Assembly: GCA_038245785.1 (NCBI GenBank)
Contig: JBBRSB010000009.1
Span: 32,001-96,000 of the forward strand
Length of the DNA: 64,000 nt
Reading direction: 5' to 3'
DNA from: Gloeobacterales cyanobacterium
GTDB lineage: Bacteria > Cyanobacteriota > Cyanobacteriia > Gloeobacterales > PMM-0068
Position 1 is the first letter of the stretch, and the number at the start of each line of letters is the position of its first letter. This document shows, one piece after another, positions 9,431 to 19,282 of the stretch. The notes under the pieces are model-generated. The model was not told the origin of the DNA. It made no database searches and worked only from the letters and a program-made list of their open reading frames with translations. The position numbers and the translations under genes are program-made.

Positions 9431-10075
9431 CTAACGAAATCCACGATTCTCTCTAAACACTAATCTTCCATAGCCCACAAACTGTTTAATAGCTTTACTA
9501 CCGGGTGGAAAAGCATTTACCTCAAATAAATAAGTGCCTCCTAGGGAAGGGTTCCGCATCAGCGCAAACTGAACGGTAACAGTCTGGTCCGCTGGGATAG
9601 GTTCTGGAAAATCAATGAGGACCGTCCGGCCATCGATACTAATTTGGGTTGGTAATACCCGTTGTGCTACTTGTGGACGCATGGCATCGGGTTCTGTAGG
9701 GATAAAAGCAGTAATGTTTTCTTGCTTGGGCATATTGACACCGAAAGCACCAAACTCGTTGGGTACGGTAATGCTGACTCTGGCTAGTGATTGAGTAGCG
9801 GCGGCTGGAATCCGAATGGCAAACTGGTAGGCCGATGGGTAGATATTGATCCGGTCATAGGTCGCTTCCGCTCGGGCCAGCTTAAGAGCCGTTGCAAAAG
9901 CAGTGGGAAATTCCGCAGCTATAGCAGTATCTGCTGGTAGTGCATGCGCTGCCAGGGTCAGGGTGGTTCCAAGAAAAATGGCTGAGAGGCCGTACCCTAG
10001 ATCTTTAAAAGCTTTTCTACAGTGGTCTAGACGCTTGTTTTCCATGGGAAATTTCATCCTATTTGCAGGTTTCAA
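9431..10075 (-). CDS. DUF2808 family secreted protein (start may be ATG 10057 or 10045)
   Basis: C-terminal NPSLGGTYLFEVNAFPPG..QFVGYGRLVF motif; hydrophobic signal segment. Confidence 0.78.
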   Translation of the reverse strand: MKPANRMKFPMENKRLDHCRKAFKDLGYGLSAIFLGTTLTLAAHALPADTAIAAEFPTAFATALKLARAEATYDRINIYPSAYQFAIRIPAAATQSLARVSITVPNEFGAFGVNMPKQENITAFIPTEPDAMRPQVAQRVLPTQISIDGRTVLIDFPEPIPADQTVTVQFALMRNPSLGGTYLFEVNAFPPGSKAIKQFVGYGRLVFRENRGFR

Positions 10076-10162
10076 GTTCTTTTATTTTGTTACCTGACAG
10101 GAGATCTGTATCATATTTGCTCTATTGTTTGTACATTAGAAGAATATGTCTGGGCATAGGCC

Positions 10163-10390
10163 ATGGAAATCTTTGGTATTGGTCCTCTTGAATTGATGGT
10201 AATTGGTGTAGTGGCCATGTTAGTTTTCGGGCCTAAGAAATTACCGGAGTTGGGAAAGACTATGGGGCAAGCCACCCGGAGCTTTAAGGTTGCTGCCCAA
10301 GAGTTTCAAAATGAACTCAGCCGCGAAATAGAAAAAGAATCAACACCCCAAAAGCAAGTAGCTCCTTCTTCTAAAGAGTTGGATACTTAA
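10163..10390 (+). CDS. tatA: Twin-arginine translocase TatA/E subunit
   Basis: FGIGPLEL..VFGPKKLPELGKTMGQATRSFK. Confidence 0.93.
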   Translation: MEIFGIGPLELMVIGVVAMLVFGPKKLPELGKTMGQATRSFKVAAQEFQNELSREIEKESTPQKQVAPSSKELDT

Positions 10391-10453
10391 TGCCCCAATG
10401 ACCTTCTGTGCGACGGCAACTAAGCAGTCATAGAATGAGGGTTCGCATTAGAA

Positions 10454-10494
10454 AAGCCCATAACTACCACCAACTAAACAGTAATTATGGGCTT
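10454..10494. terminator. Inverted repeat between convergent genes
   Basis: AAGCCCATAA...TTATGGGCTT. Confidence 0.5.
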
Positions 10495-10519
10495 GCTACT
10501 CCATAGACTGCTTATAGCG

Positions 10520-11125
10520 TTAGGTATGATGGTTCTCCCGAATAACCAATCGGCCAAACCCGATAAATTGATTGATAGGATTGGCTCCTGCAGGAGCAGC
10601 ATGCACTTCAAATAAATAGGTGCCCACTTTATCTGGATTGCGCATATAAGGCAACTCTACTGTGACAGCCTGTTGGGGAGAAATAGGCTCCGGAAAATTA
10701 ATGGTAATGGCTCTACCATCAACACTTGCCTAGGTCAGTATCTTACGCTGGGGATATTGGTAACTTTTGGCCTCAGGATCGGTAGGTATGAAAGCAGTAA
10801 CGACTTCTTTGCCAGGCATATTCACCCCGAATGCCCCATAGTTATCAGGAGCTGTGATGGTGAGCCGAGATAGCGGTTGCTTGGCAGCTTCAGGGACCTG
10901 AACGGTAAACTGATAGACCGAGGGATAAGCCTGTACTGAGTCATAAGTGGCTTCTGCTCGTGTCAAAACTACTGCACTTTCAAAAGCAGTGGGTAATGTT
11001 TGGGCTATCGCAGGCATAAGTGCTAATTGAGAACTAAAAACTAAGGCGCTCCCCATTAGGAAGGCGGATGCTCCTGTCTTAAATTGCCTGAAAGTTGCTG
11101 TAGTAGATTGATTATTGATATCCAT
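10520..11125 (-). pseudogene. DUF2808 paralog interrupted by an in-frame TAG at 10730-10732
   Basis: Reading through the stop gives ASVDGRAITINFPEPI...RNPDKVGTYLFEVHAAPAG..QFIGFGRLVIRENHHT*, colinear with the 9431-10075 paralog, which has Gln at the stop position. Confidence 0.88.
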
Positions 11126-11337
11126 GAAAGACCTTGTGTTGCTACACGTTTAATTATCACGATATAGTTAGGAATACTAGGGAAAACTCTATCCGCAGAT
11201 AGATCTGATTTTAGTGCTAAAGAAAGACATACTATCTACTGAAAGACAGAAAAGAACCGGTTATAGGAATAGAAAAGAGGCTAAGGCTGGGCTGCTAAAG
11301 AAGTGAGACAAAAGGGAACTCTGAACTATGGCGATAG

Positions 11338-11838
11338 ATGCTCCCTCCTCCCTACAAATTTCTGGTAATGATTTCCTCTTCCTGGCTACGTAACATCCTG
11401 CTCATTGCTAGTTTGCTCGTGCAAACCCCAGTCTTAGCCTATCGTCCTCTAACAGGACTCCATGAAGACACAGCAAATGCGCCTGTGGTTACTCGTTCTG
11501 TCTCTGCCAGCCTCGCGGACAAGGATGGGCTGCTGGAATCCAACTGGGACACAACTATTGTTCTAGAGCAGAAAGATGTGCGTGATGTCGAGTGGGTGGA
11601 AGTATCTTTTTCCCTGTTGAGCAGTCAGAGTAGTCCTGTCCGGGTACGCAAAGTAGTTTTAAACAGAGACCATCCCTGGAAACAAGGGGAGCGCTGGGAA
11701 TATCGTCTTCAAGAGACTCATATGGGATGGCCTGGTGACGCAACTTTGGTACGAGTGACAGCAGTAGCATTCACCAATGGGGAATTCTGGACAGAAAGTT
11801 CTCATGATACGTTGCCTTCAAAAGAGCAGAGACCCTAG
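11338..11838 (+). CDS. Hypothetical secreted protein
   Basis: Signal-peptide-like N-terminus ending VLA; beta-rich mature part; no family recognised. Confidence 0.6.
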   Translation: MLPPPYKFLVMISSSWLRNILLIASLLVQTPVLAYRPLTGLHEDTANAPVVTRSVSASLADKDGLLESNWDTTIVLEQKDVRDVEWVEVSFSLLSSQSSPVRVRKVVLNRDHPWKQGERWEYRLQETHMGWPGDATLVRVTAVAFTNGEFWTESSHDTLPSKEQRP

Positions 11839-11922
11839 TGCCCAAGAGACGGCCAAAATAGTGGAACAGTCTATATTCCTCCAAACATGTGAGCTATACG
11901 CAGGACTAAGTTTTATTCACAA

Positions 11923-12261
11923 ATGGAAATGATTATGAAAAATCCTAGGCTTGAATCAACGAATAGCTTTTGGAATCTAGCCCGCTTTTGGGGTTGTCTG
12001 CGGTGGAGTGCTTTCGTCCTCGCTTGCCTAGCACTTTTTTTTGGCTGGGCGATTAACTTCATAACTTTCAAATCTTTTGCGAGGTACCGAGAAATCCCCC
12101 AACAAACTGCGCTCTATCTGGGTGTAGCTGGAGTGATTTTCTTCGTACTTGCTCGTGCTTTCCCTGGAGAGAATGCCCGAGCGCTTTGCTGGTTTGGGCT
12201 ATTTGTGGCTTTGGCAGGCATTGCTCTACGTGTTGTCCCCTTTTGGTCAGCTTTTATCTGA
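11923..12261 (+). CDS. Hypothetical membrane protein (about 3 TM)
   Basis: Three hydrophobic segments. Confidence 0.55.
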   Translation: MEMIMKNPRLESTNSFWNLARFWGCLRWSAFVLACLALFFGWAINFITFKSFARYREIPQQTALYLGVAGVIFFVLARAFPGENARALCWFGLFVALAGIALRVVPFWSAFI

Positions 12262-12389
12262 AAGTCTAAACGGTTTAGGAATTCATCAATTTTTGGCGGC
12301 ATCATATTCAGTATTTATCCAAGAAGTTGGACTATTGGAGTATACCCAGTGAGTTAAGATTGAGCTAGACACTTTAAGCAGAGTGCATA

Positions 12390-12734
12390 ATGTCTGAGCA
12401 AGTGCGGTACGTCACCAATGAACAGGGAGAGCAGGTCGGTGTCCTGTTAGATTTAGAGACATACAACGGATTAACCCACGAATCAAGTTTGGATACAGAC
12501 TGCCTAATTGGGTTGAACCAGGCAGAGTTGCAGGCACTTGCCGAAAGTATGCTGGCTCCTGCTGCTCAGGCTCGATTGGATGAACTGCTGGCTGGCCAGG
12601 CTGAAAGCCAACTTAGCGAGGATGAATTAGGTGAACTGGATCGTCTGTTAGACAAGATTGACCATTTGACGCTGCTGAAAACCCGTGCCAGATATACCTT
12701 ACAATCTCTAGAAAATCTGACCCAAGCTTCGTGA
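12390..12734 (+). CDS. Small antitoxin-like protein coupled to an HNH nuclease
   Basis: YVTNEQGEQVGVLLD N-terminus and QARLDELL..LSEDELGELD..LLKTRA; GTGA overlap with the HNH gene. Confidence 0.65.
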   Translation: MSEQVRYVTNEQGEQVGVLLDLETYNGLTHESSLDTDCLIGLNQAELQALAESMLAPAAQARLDELLAGQAESQLSEDELGELDRLLDKIDHLTLLKTRARYTLQSLENLTQAS

Positions 12735-13177
12735 GTGCCTATATCTCCGTCGAATTGCAGCGGCAGGTGCGCGACCGCTTTGCCAATGGTTGTGCCTACT
12801 GTTGTACGGCTGAAGCCTTGACTGTCACAACATTTGAATTTGAACATATCACGCCACGATCGGCTGGCAACGAAACAGTTTTGGAAAACCTTTGTTTGTC
12901 CTGCCCCTCATATAATCGTTATAAGGCTCAACGTCAGACGACTGCCGATCCACTGACTGAGGAAATCGTTTCCCTATTTCATCCCTACATTCAGTTGTGG
13001 ACAGATCATTTTGCCTGGAGTGAGGACGGTACGGAAATCATTGGACTCACGCCCATCGGTCGAGCAACCACTGTGGCTTTGAAAATGAATCGTCCGCAAG
13101 CAACTCGCGTCCGCCGAATGTGGGTCAAGATGGGAGAACACCCGCCTGTATTGAAATCACTGATGGATAGCGATTAG
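12731..13177 (+). CDS. HNH endonuclease
   Basis: CAYC..FEHITP..ENLCLSCPSYNRYK..LFHP..WTDHF..GLTPIGRAT; second CxxC reads CPSY. Confidence 0.88.
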   Translation: MSAYISVELQRQVRDRFANGCAYCCTAEALTVTTFEFEHITPRSAGNETVLENLCLSCPSYNRYKAQRQTTADPLTEEIVSLFHPYIQLWTDHFAWSEDGTEIIGLTPIGRATTVALKMNRPQATRVRRMWVKMGEHPPVLKSLMDSD

Positions 13178-13354
13178 CCGTGATAGAAGTTAGCCACAGT
13201 GATTGGGTGGCAAGTTAGTATGACTGATAAAGAGTCTCAAGCCTGTTTTGAAGATTTTTAACAGCTTCCTCTTATGCTATTTAGATTGCATCTATATTTG
13301 TAGTATTGGTTAGATTCGCAAGAAAAATACTCTCTAGCATAAGGTTTTGGAGGA

Positions 13355-13690
13355 TTGATGCTAATGGAAGCTCCAATCGTTGTGCTTGAGTCTGGTGATG
13401 TTTTATCTTTCAGATCTTTAAGCTGTGCTGAACGATATCTTGAATCCATATCTATTAGAAATGATGAGTATATTGCATATGATAGTGATGGCCGATTACT
13501 TCGTCTCATTCCCCACGATCATACAGTCAAGGTTGAACTTGCTGAAGAAGAATCTACCCATGCAAATGAACTAAAAGATGCTTTAGTTAACTTTTTTGCG
13601 GAAATAGATTATGCAACGGAAGATTGGTTGTCGAAAGCTTCTCTTCGAGAACTAGTTCTTAGGGGATTGTCAGATTTTGAGACTAAGTAA
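13355..13690 (+). CDS. Hypothetical acidic protein (AT-rich gene)
   Basis: GGAGG RBS; AERYLE..EYIAYDSDGRLLRL; family not recognised with certainty. Confidence 0.6.
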   Translation: MMLMEAPIVVLESGDVLSFRSLSCAERYLESISIRNDEYIAYDSDGRLLRLIPHDHTVKVELAEEESTHANELKDALVNFFAEIDYATEDWLSKASLRELVLRGLSDFETK

Positions 13691-13878
13691 CATTTTGGTC
13701 TTTTCTATGATCTTGTCCATAATCTTGGCGCAAAGTAAGGAAGAGAGAATCTATATAAGGGCGACGGAATCTTCTGGCTGGGAGTGTCAAGATTCATTAA
13801 TTTGTAGAGCTGTGAGGGCAAAAGCTCAAAGAAACGTCATAAAATCCCAGCTGTTGGGAATGACCAGGAGAATAAATA

Positions 13879-15081
13879 GTGACGCTCCGCGTAGCAGTTG
13901 TCGGTTCTGGCCCTGCGGGGTCCAGTGCAGCGGAAGCTTTGGCAAAAGCAGGACATAAGACCTATTTGCTAGAGCGTAATTTAAAAAACTCCAAGCCCTG
14001 TGGTGGGGCTATTCCCATCTGTATGGTGGAAGAATTCAATCTCCCTCCTGGTATCATCGACCGCCGCGTGCGCAAGATGAACATGATTTCGCCTTCGAAT
14101 ATCGACGTCCCAATCAACCTGGACCATCCCGATGAATTTATTGGCATGGTTCGCAGAGAAGTCTTTGATGCCTATCTGCGGAATCGAGCAGCAGAATTTG
14201 GAGCAGACCTGAGAGAAGTGGTTGTCCTGAGCATCAAAGTCGGGACGCCTAATATCCTTACGGTGCGCAATCCAAAAACAGGCGAAACCTACGAAATCGA
14301 AGCGGACTTGATCATTGGCGCGGACGGATTCCATTCGAAAGTGGCTAAGGCCATTGATGCGGGAGATGTGCCCTATGCCCTGGCCTATCAAGAGCGGATC
14401 AAGCTGCCCCCAGAAAAAATGAAGTACTACGAGGAACGGGCAGAGATGTATCTCGGCCATGATGTTTCTCCTGATTTTTACGCCTGGGTTTTCCCTAAGT
14501 GTGACCATGTAGCGGCTGGGACAGGCACCATGTTTCCCAACAAAGATGGCCTCAAAGGAATGCAGAAAGCGCTGCGGGCGCGGGTGGGTACCAAAATTGA
14601 AGGCGGTGAGCTGATTAAAGTAGAAGCCCATCCCCTGCCCGAATGTCCCCGTCCTCGTCGCGTCGTAGAACGTTGCATGCTGGTTGGCGATGCCGCAGGC
14701 TATGTCACGAAGTCCTCTGGCGAAGGGATTTATTTCGCCGCCAAATCAGGTCGGATGGCCGCAGAACTCGTTGTAGAACTGGCAGAAGGCGGAAAAATTC
14801 CCAATGAAGCTCAGCTTAAAGAATATATTCGACGCTGGGACAAGAATTACGGCCTAACCTACAAGGTCTTGGCTATCTTGCAGAATGTTTTCTACAAGAG
14901 TGACGCTAGCCGGGAAGCGTTTGTCGAGATGTGTGCGGATTATCACGTACAGAAGCTGACTTTTGATAGCTACTTGTACAAAACCGTAGTCCCTGCCAAT
15001 CCCTTTGTACAGATGAAGATCACAGCCAAGACCATTGGCTCTCTGCTTAGAGGCAATGCTCTAGCGCCTACCCGTAGATAG
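13879..15081 (+). CDS. chlP: Geranylgeranyl reductase
   Basis: VVGSGPAG FAD motif, KPCGGAIP, VSPDFYAWVFPK, GDAAGYVTKSSGEGIYFAAKSG, TFDSYLYK. Confidence 0.97.
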   Translation: MTLRVAVVGSGPAGSSAAEALAKAGHKTYLLERNLKNSKPCGGAIPICMVEEFNLPPGIIDRRVRKMNMISPSNIDVPINLDHPDEFIGMVRREVFDAYLRNRAAEFGADLREVVVLSIKVGTPNILTVRNPKTGETYEIEADLIIGADGFHSKVAKAIDAGDVPYALAYQERIKLPPEKMKYYEERAEMYLGHDVSPDFYAWVFPKCDHVAAGTGTMFPNKDGLKGMQKALRARVGTKIEGGELIKVEAHPLPECPRPRRVVERCMLVGDAAGYVTKSSGEGIYFAAKSGRMAAELVVELAEGGKIPNEAQLKEYIRRWDKNYGLTYKVLAILQNVFYKSDASREAFVEMCADYHVQKLTFDSYLYKTVVPANPFVQMKITAKTIGSLLRGNALAPTRR

Positions 15082-15134
15082 ATTGTCACTACGTTTGCTT
15101 TATTGTTGAGGAGTCCTAATTAAATCCAGAATAA

Positions 15135-15629
15135 ATGCTTGCCACCTACGAGCGATATCTTGACTTGGATCCTGCGACTGCGGAAAAGCTCCTCACCTAT
15201 TCCCTGGCAGACTTCTTGCAGTTACCTGCGGTCAATATTCTGTTAAACAGTTTGAACACTCAGCTATTGCGAGAGACATTGCCCACCGCTGGCCAGGTAC
15301 TGGCGAAGCAATTGCCGCCATTCTATGCCTGGTTGCAGGATGAATTGGGCGTAGAACGAGTGCCAGATAGTCCTGATCAAACTACTAAGTGGGTGGTCGG
15401 CTTTTTGAATAATCAGGAAAGCCTAAACCGCCTGGTGGAACTGCATCGCCCAGTACCGCAGCGAGCCATGGAACAAGCGATTCCGCGCTTGGTGTCAGCC
15501 TTTGATAGCGTTGCTGAAGTGGATGTTCGGCAAGAGTGGCAAAAGGCAGTAGCAGCCTTATGTTTGGTTCTGGCGGTTGCAGCGCAATCTGCCCCGGAGG
15601 TATCAGAACTATTGAGTCCAGCAAAATAG
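15135..15629 (+). CDS. Conserved cyanobacterial hypothetical protein
   Basis: 164-aa helical ORF co-oriented between chlP and lpxD. Confidence 0.65.
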   Translation: MLATYERYLDLDPATAEKLLTYSLADFLQLPAVNILLNSLNTQLLRETLPTAGQVLAKQLPPFYAWLQDELGVERVPDSPDQTTKWVVGFLNNQESLNRLVELHRPVPQRAMEQAIPRLVSAFDSVAEVDVRQEWQKAVAALCLVLAVAAQSAPEVSELLSPAK

Positions 15630-15726
15630 GCTGAGTGCAGTTTGGATTAGAAATTGTGGGAGGGAGGATAACAAGGGATACAATACCTCCGTAGAAAGGC
15701 TATCCAAACAACAGGGGTTTGAGTTC

Positions 15727-16788
15727 ATGAATCTCCATGAGTTAGCGAATCAGCTAGGACTACCCTATGAAGGAGATGGAACATGGCTTATTCAAAGCCC
15801 TGCCAGCTTAGAGAAGGCTACCCCTGCGCAAATTAGCTTTATCGAAAATGAAAGGTACTACTCTTTCTTGAAAACTACACAAGCGGGCGTGATTATTGCC
15901 AAACCGGATGTATCAATACCCTGTGGCAATGTTATTCGTACGCCTACGCCCCGTTTAATTTTTGCCCAAGTGCTCAATCTTTTCTATCGCACTCGTTTAC
16001 CCAAACCCGGTATTCATCCTACAGCTGTGCTGGGAACGGATGTTCGCTTGGGGGAACGGGTACATCTAGGAGCACACGTTGTACTAGGAGAAAAGACAAC
16101 AATTGGCGATGATGTCGTAATTTTCCCAAATACTACGGTATATAATCATGTCAGCATCGGGGACAGAACCGTCGTTCACAGCAACTGTTCAATTAATGAC
16201 TATACCCAGATTGGGCAAGACTGCTTTATCCAGCAAGGCGTAGCGATTGGCGGTGAAGGTTTTGGATTTGTGCCTACGCCAGAAGGGACCTGGTACAAAA
16301 TGCCTCAGACGGGCTGGGTTGTGTTGGAAGACAAGGTGGAAATTGGCTGCAATTCAACGGTGGACCGGGCTGCTTTGGGTGAAACCCGTATTGGTAAAGG
16401 TACCAAAATCGATAATCTTGTACAGGTTTCCCATGGATGTACAATTGGCCCCCATTGCGTACTAGCCAGTGGTACAGGAATTGGTGGAGGGACCACTTTA
16501 GAGGGCCATGTGACAATCGGAGCCCAGGTTGGCATTAAAGAACACGTCACGATTGGGAAGGGCGTGATTATGGCAGCCAGAACGGGCATCCATAGCAATG
16601 TGGCCGCTGGAAGCGTGATTGCAGGGCACCCTGAAGTTCCCCTGCGGCTTTGGGCGAAATACTCTGCAGCCTTCAAATACTTGCCTGAAATGCAAAAAAA
16701 TGTCCGAGCCTTGAAGAAGCAAGTTGCTGCTCTTGAGGCCCGGATAAATTTGGATGAATCGATGGATTTAGATAAATCAAAAGCGTGA
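15727..16788 (+). CDS. lpxD: UDP-3-O-(3-hydroxyacyl)glucosamine N-acyltransferase
   Basis: IHPTAV hexapeptide repeats, IGGEGFGF, KMPQTG, VDRA, TKIDNLVQVSHG. Confidence 0.95.
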   Translation: MNLHELANQLGLPYEGDGTWLIQSPASLEKATPAQISFIENERYYSFLKTTQAGVIIAKPDVSIPCGNVIRTPTPRLIFAQVLNLFYRTRLPKPGIHPTAVLGTDVRLGERVHLGAHVVLGEKTTIGDDVVIFPNTTVYNHVSIGDRTVVHSNCSINDYTQIGQDCFIQQGVAIGGEGFGFVPTPEGTWYKMPQTGWVVLEDKVEIGCNSTVDRAALGETRIGKGTKIDNLVQVSHGCTIGPHCVLASGTGIGGGTTLEGHVTIGAQVGIKEHVTIGKGVIMAARTGIHSNVAAGSVIAGHPEVPLRLWAKYSAAFKYLPEMQKNVRALKKQVAALEARINLDESMDLDKSKA

Positions 16789-16814
16789 GAGCACAGCAGA
16801 CTGCGCCCTGAAAC

Positions 16815-18053
16815 TTACTGGATCAGGTCAAACACGGTGAAGAGGGGTAGATACATCGAGAGGAGGATGGTTCCAACCAAGCCGCCAAGAATCGTGATCA
16901 TGATCGGTTCCAACAGACTCGTCAAACCTTTCACCGCCAATTCCACTTCAATTTCATAGAAATCAGCAACCTTAGAGAGCATCGTGTCCAGTTCTCCGGT
17001 TTCTTCTCCAACGCTCATCATCTGAACCGCCATTGAGGGGAAAACTTTCTCTTTGGCAAGAGTTGGAGCAATTTGTCCGCCTTCTCGGATAACGGCACGC
17101 GCTTTGTCTACCGCTTCTGAAATCACCTGATTGCCTGCGGTATCGCGCACAATTTCCATAGAGGTCAGAATCGGAACTCCTGAACGAGTTAGGGCGCCAA
17201 AGGTGCGGCAGAAACGGGCTACTGCTGCTTTCTGAAGCAGATCCCCGAACAAGGGGACATTCAGCTTGAGTTTGTCAATATACAAGCGTCCTCCGGGCGT
17301 GCTGTAGATCTGCTTATAGCCAAAGTAGGTTCCACCCACCAAGGCGATGAGAATCACCCACCCCGTTACACTGCGCAAGGCGTCACTCAAGTTCAAAAGA
17401 AATAGCGTTAGTCCAGGAAGCTCTCCCCCCAGCTGCTTGAAGACTCCTTTGAATACCGGAAGAACAAAGACAATCATCCCTCCTGAGATCAAAACAGCCA
17501 GCAGTAAGACTACGACGGGATAGGTAAGCGCTGACTTGATCTGACGACGCAGACGGTCTTGGTCTTCCAATAGTTTGGATAGCCTTTCCAAAACCTCATC
17601 AAGGACCCCACCAATTTCTCCAGACTGAATCATCGAAGTGTAAAGCTTGTCAAAACAATCAGGATATTTCTTCATCGCATCGGCCAGAGCCGTCCCCTGC
17701 TCTACATCTCGGCGCACCCCACCGATGTATTTCTTCAGTTTGGGGTTCTTCGTTTGGTCTTCGAGCACGGTCAGGGAGCGAATCAACGATACTCCTGCAT
17801 TAACCAGCGTCGAAAACTGACGAGAAAAGATGGACTTGTCGCGAACGGAGATACCCGTTAGCGCCATGCTAATGCCACTGAGGTCAATATTCTTCATCAC
17901 TCCGGCTGCAGTAGCTTGCACTTCTTGAATATTCAAGACATACATACCCTGCTCTCGGAGGCGATTCCGCAAGTCACCGGCCGAGGACGCCTGTACCACC
18001 TGCTCTATAGACTGACCCCTCACATCCCGGACACGGTAACGAAATTGCGGCAT
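16815..18053 (-). CDS. pilC: Type IV pilus platform protein PilC
   Basis: FSRQFSTLVNAGV, SGEIGGVL, KSALTYP, GEETGELD, LLEP..MYLPLF. Confidence 0.96.
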   Translation of the reverse strand: MPQFRYRVRDVRGQSIEQVVQASSAGDLRNRLREQGMYVLNIQEVQATAAGVMKNIDLSGISMALTGISVRDKSIFSRQFSTLVNAGVSLIRSLTVLEDQTKNPKLKKYIGGVRRDVEQGTALADAMKKYPDCFDKLYTSMIQSGEIGGVLDEVLERLSKLLEDQDRLRRQIKSALTYPVVVLLLAVLISGGMIVFVLPVFKGVFKQLGGELPGLTLFLLNLSDALRSVTGWVILIALVGGTYFGYKQIYSTPGGRLYIDKLKLNVPLFGDLLQKAAVARFCRTFGALTRSGVPILTSMEIVRDTAGNQVISEAVDKARAVIREGGQIAPTLAKEKVFPSMAVQMMSVGEETGELDTMLSKVADFYEIEVELAVKGLTSLLEPIMITILGGLVGTILLSMYLPLFTVFDLIQ

Positions 18054-18106
18054 TGAATCGTGCTCCAACCTTTATGAATAACTACAGAAAATAGGTGCAA
18101 TAGATA

Positions 18107-19261
18107 CTAGCGACGGGGTGGCATCGTGTTTGTCATGGGCGGACGAGAAGCCGTTCCAGGGCCAGCCCCTGCTCCTGGACGAGGCGCTCCACCAATCATG
18201 CGCAGTAATTCATCGGGGCGCGAGGTCTTCATCATTGCATTCTCGAAGCTTATCTTGCCGCCCACATAAAGGTCTCTCAAAACATTCTCCAAGGTTTGCA
18301 TGCCGGTCGCCGCTCCCGTTTGAATTGAGGAGTAAATCTGCGCTGTTTTCCCTTCTCGAATCAAGTTGGCAATAGCTGGGGTGACCACCATGATTTCTTG
18401 GGCAAGACAGCGAGAGCCCACCCCTTTCTCAGGATTGAGACGAGGAATCAAACACTGGGAGAAAACCGCCACTAAAGAGCTAGAAAGCTGGACCCTCACT
18501 TGTTGTTGTTGAATCGGCGGAAACACATCTACCATACGGTCTACGGTTTGAGAAGCGGAACTGGTATGCAACGTTCCAAATACTAAGTGGCCTGTTTCTG
18601 CAGCCGTAATCGCTAACTGAATGGTTTCCAAATCCCGCATTTCCCCAACCAGGATCACATCAGGATCTTCCCGCATAGCTGCTCTCAAGGCATTGGCGAA
18701 ACTCTTGGTATCTTCACCCACCTGGCGCTGGTTAATAAAAGAACGGACGGGTTTGTAGATGTATTCAATCGGGTCTTCAACGGTCAGGATATGCTCTGAA
18801 CGACTGTTGTTAATGTAGTCAACCAGGGAGGCTAGGGTTGTAGACTTTCCAGAGCCTGTTGGTCCTGTCACGAGCACCAAACCTCTGGGTTTATCAGCAA
18901 TCTCCTTCATCACCGAAGGTAAGCCCAATTGCTGCATAGAAGGAATTTTCGAGCTTAAAGCTCTCAGAGCCGCCGCATAGGAGCCCTTGTCTTTGTAGAC
19001 ATTGACCCGAAAACGTCCCAATCCCATCACGCCATAGGAGCAATCCAATTCCCAGTTCTGCTCTAAATACTTCCGCTGGTTGTTGTTCAGCATCGAAAAG
19101 ATAATGCGCTGGGTATCTTCTGGGGTGAGCGATTCTTCGCCTACATAGTTGAGTTTCCCCCCAGCCCGGATGCAGGGAGGGAGCCCCGCTGCGAGATGGA
19201 GGTCAGACCCAGAGCGGTCGATTACCTCTTGCAGTAGGTCTTCCATCATGAAACTAACCAT
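18107..19261 (-). CDS. pilT: Type IV pilus retraction ATPase PilT
   Basis: GPTGSGKSTT, EDPIE, REDPDVILVGEMRD, GTLHT, AIANLIRE, GMQTL. Confidence 0.97.
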   Translation of the reverse strand: MVSFMMEDLLQEVIDRSGSDLHLAAGLPPCIRAGGKLNYVGEESLTPEDTQRIIFSMLNNNQRKYLEQNWELDCSYGVMGLGRFRVNVYKDKGSYAAALRALSSKIPSMQQLGLPSVMKEIADKPRGLVLVTGPTGSGKSTTLASLVDYINNSRSEHILTVEDPIEYIYKPVRSFINQRQVGEDTKSFANALRAAMREDPDVILVGEMRDLETIQLAITAAETGHLVFGTLHTSSASQTVDRMVDVFPPIQQQQVRVQLSSSLVAVFSQCLIPRLNPEKGVGSRCLAQEIMVVTPAIANLIREGKTAQIYSSIQTGAATGMQTLENVLRDLYVGGKISFENAMMKTSRPDELLRMIGGAPRPGAGAGPGTASRPPMTNTMPPRR

Positions 19262-19282
19262 TCAGTGCTTCCTCCAGAACGT

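Noticed and set aside
13981..14631. 216-aa antisense ORF within chlP, and similar shadow ORFs such as 3504-4052 and 55276-55713
   Set aside because: Opposite-strand shadows of well-supported genes with no recognisable motifs
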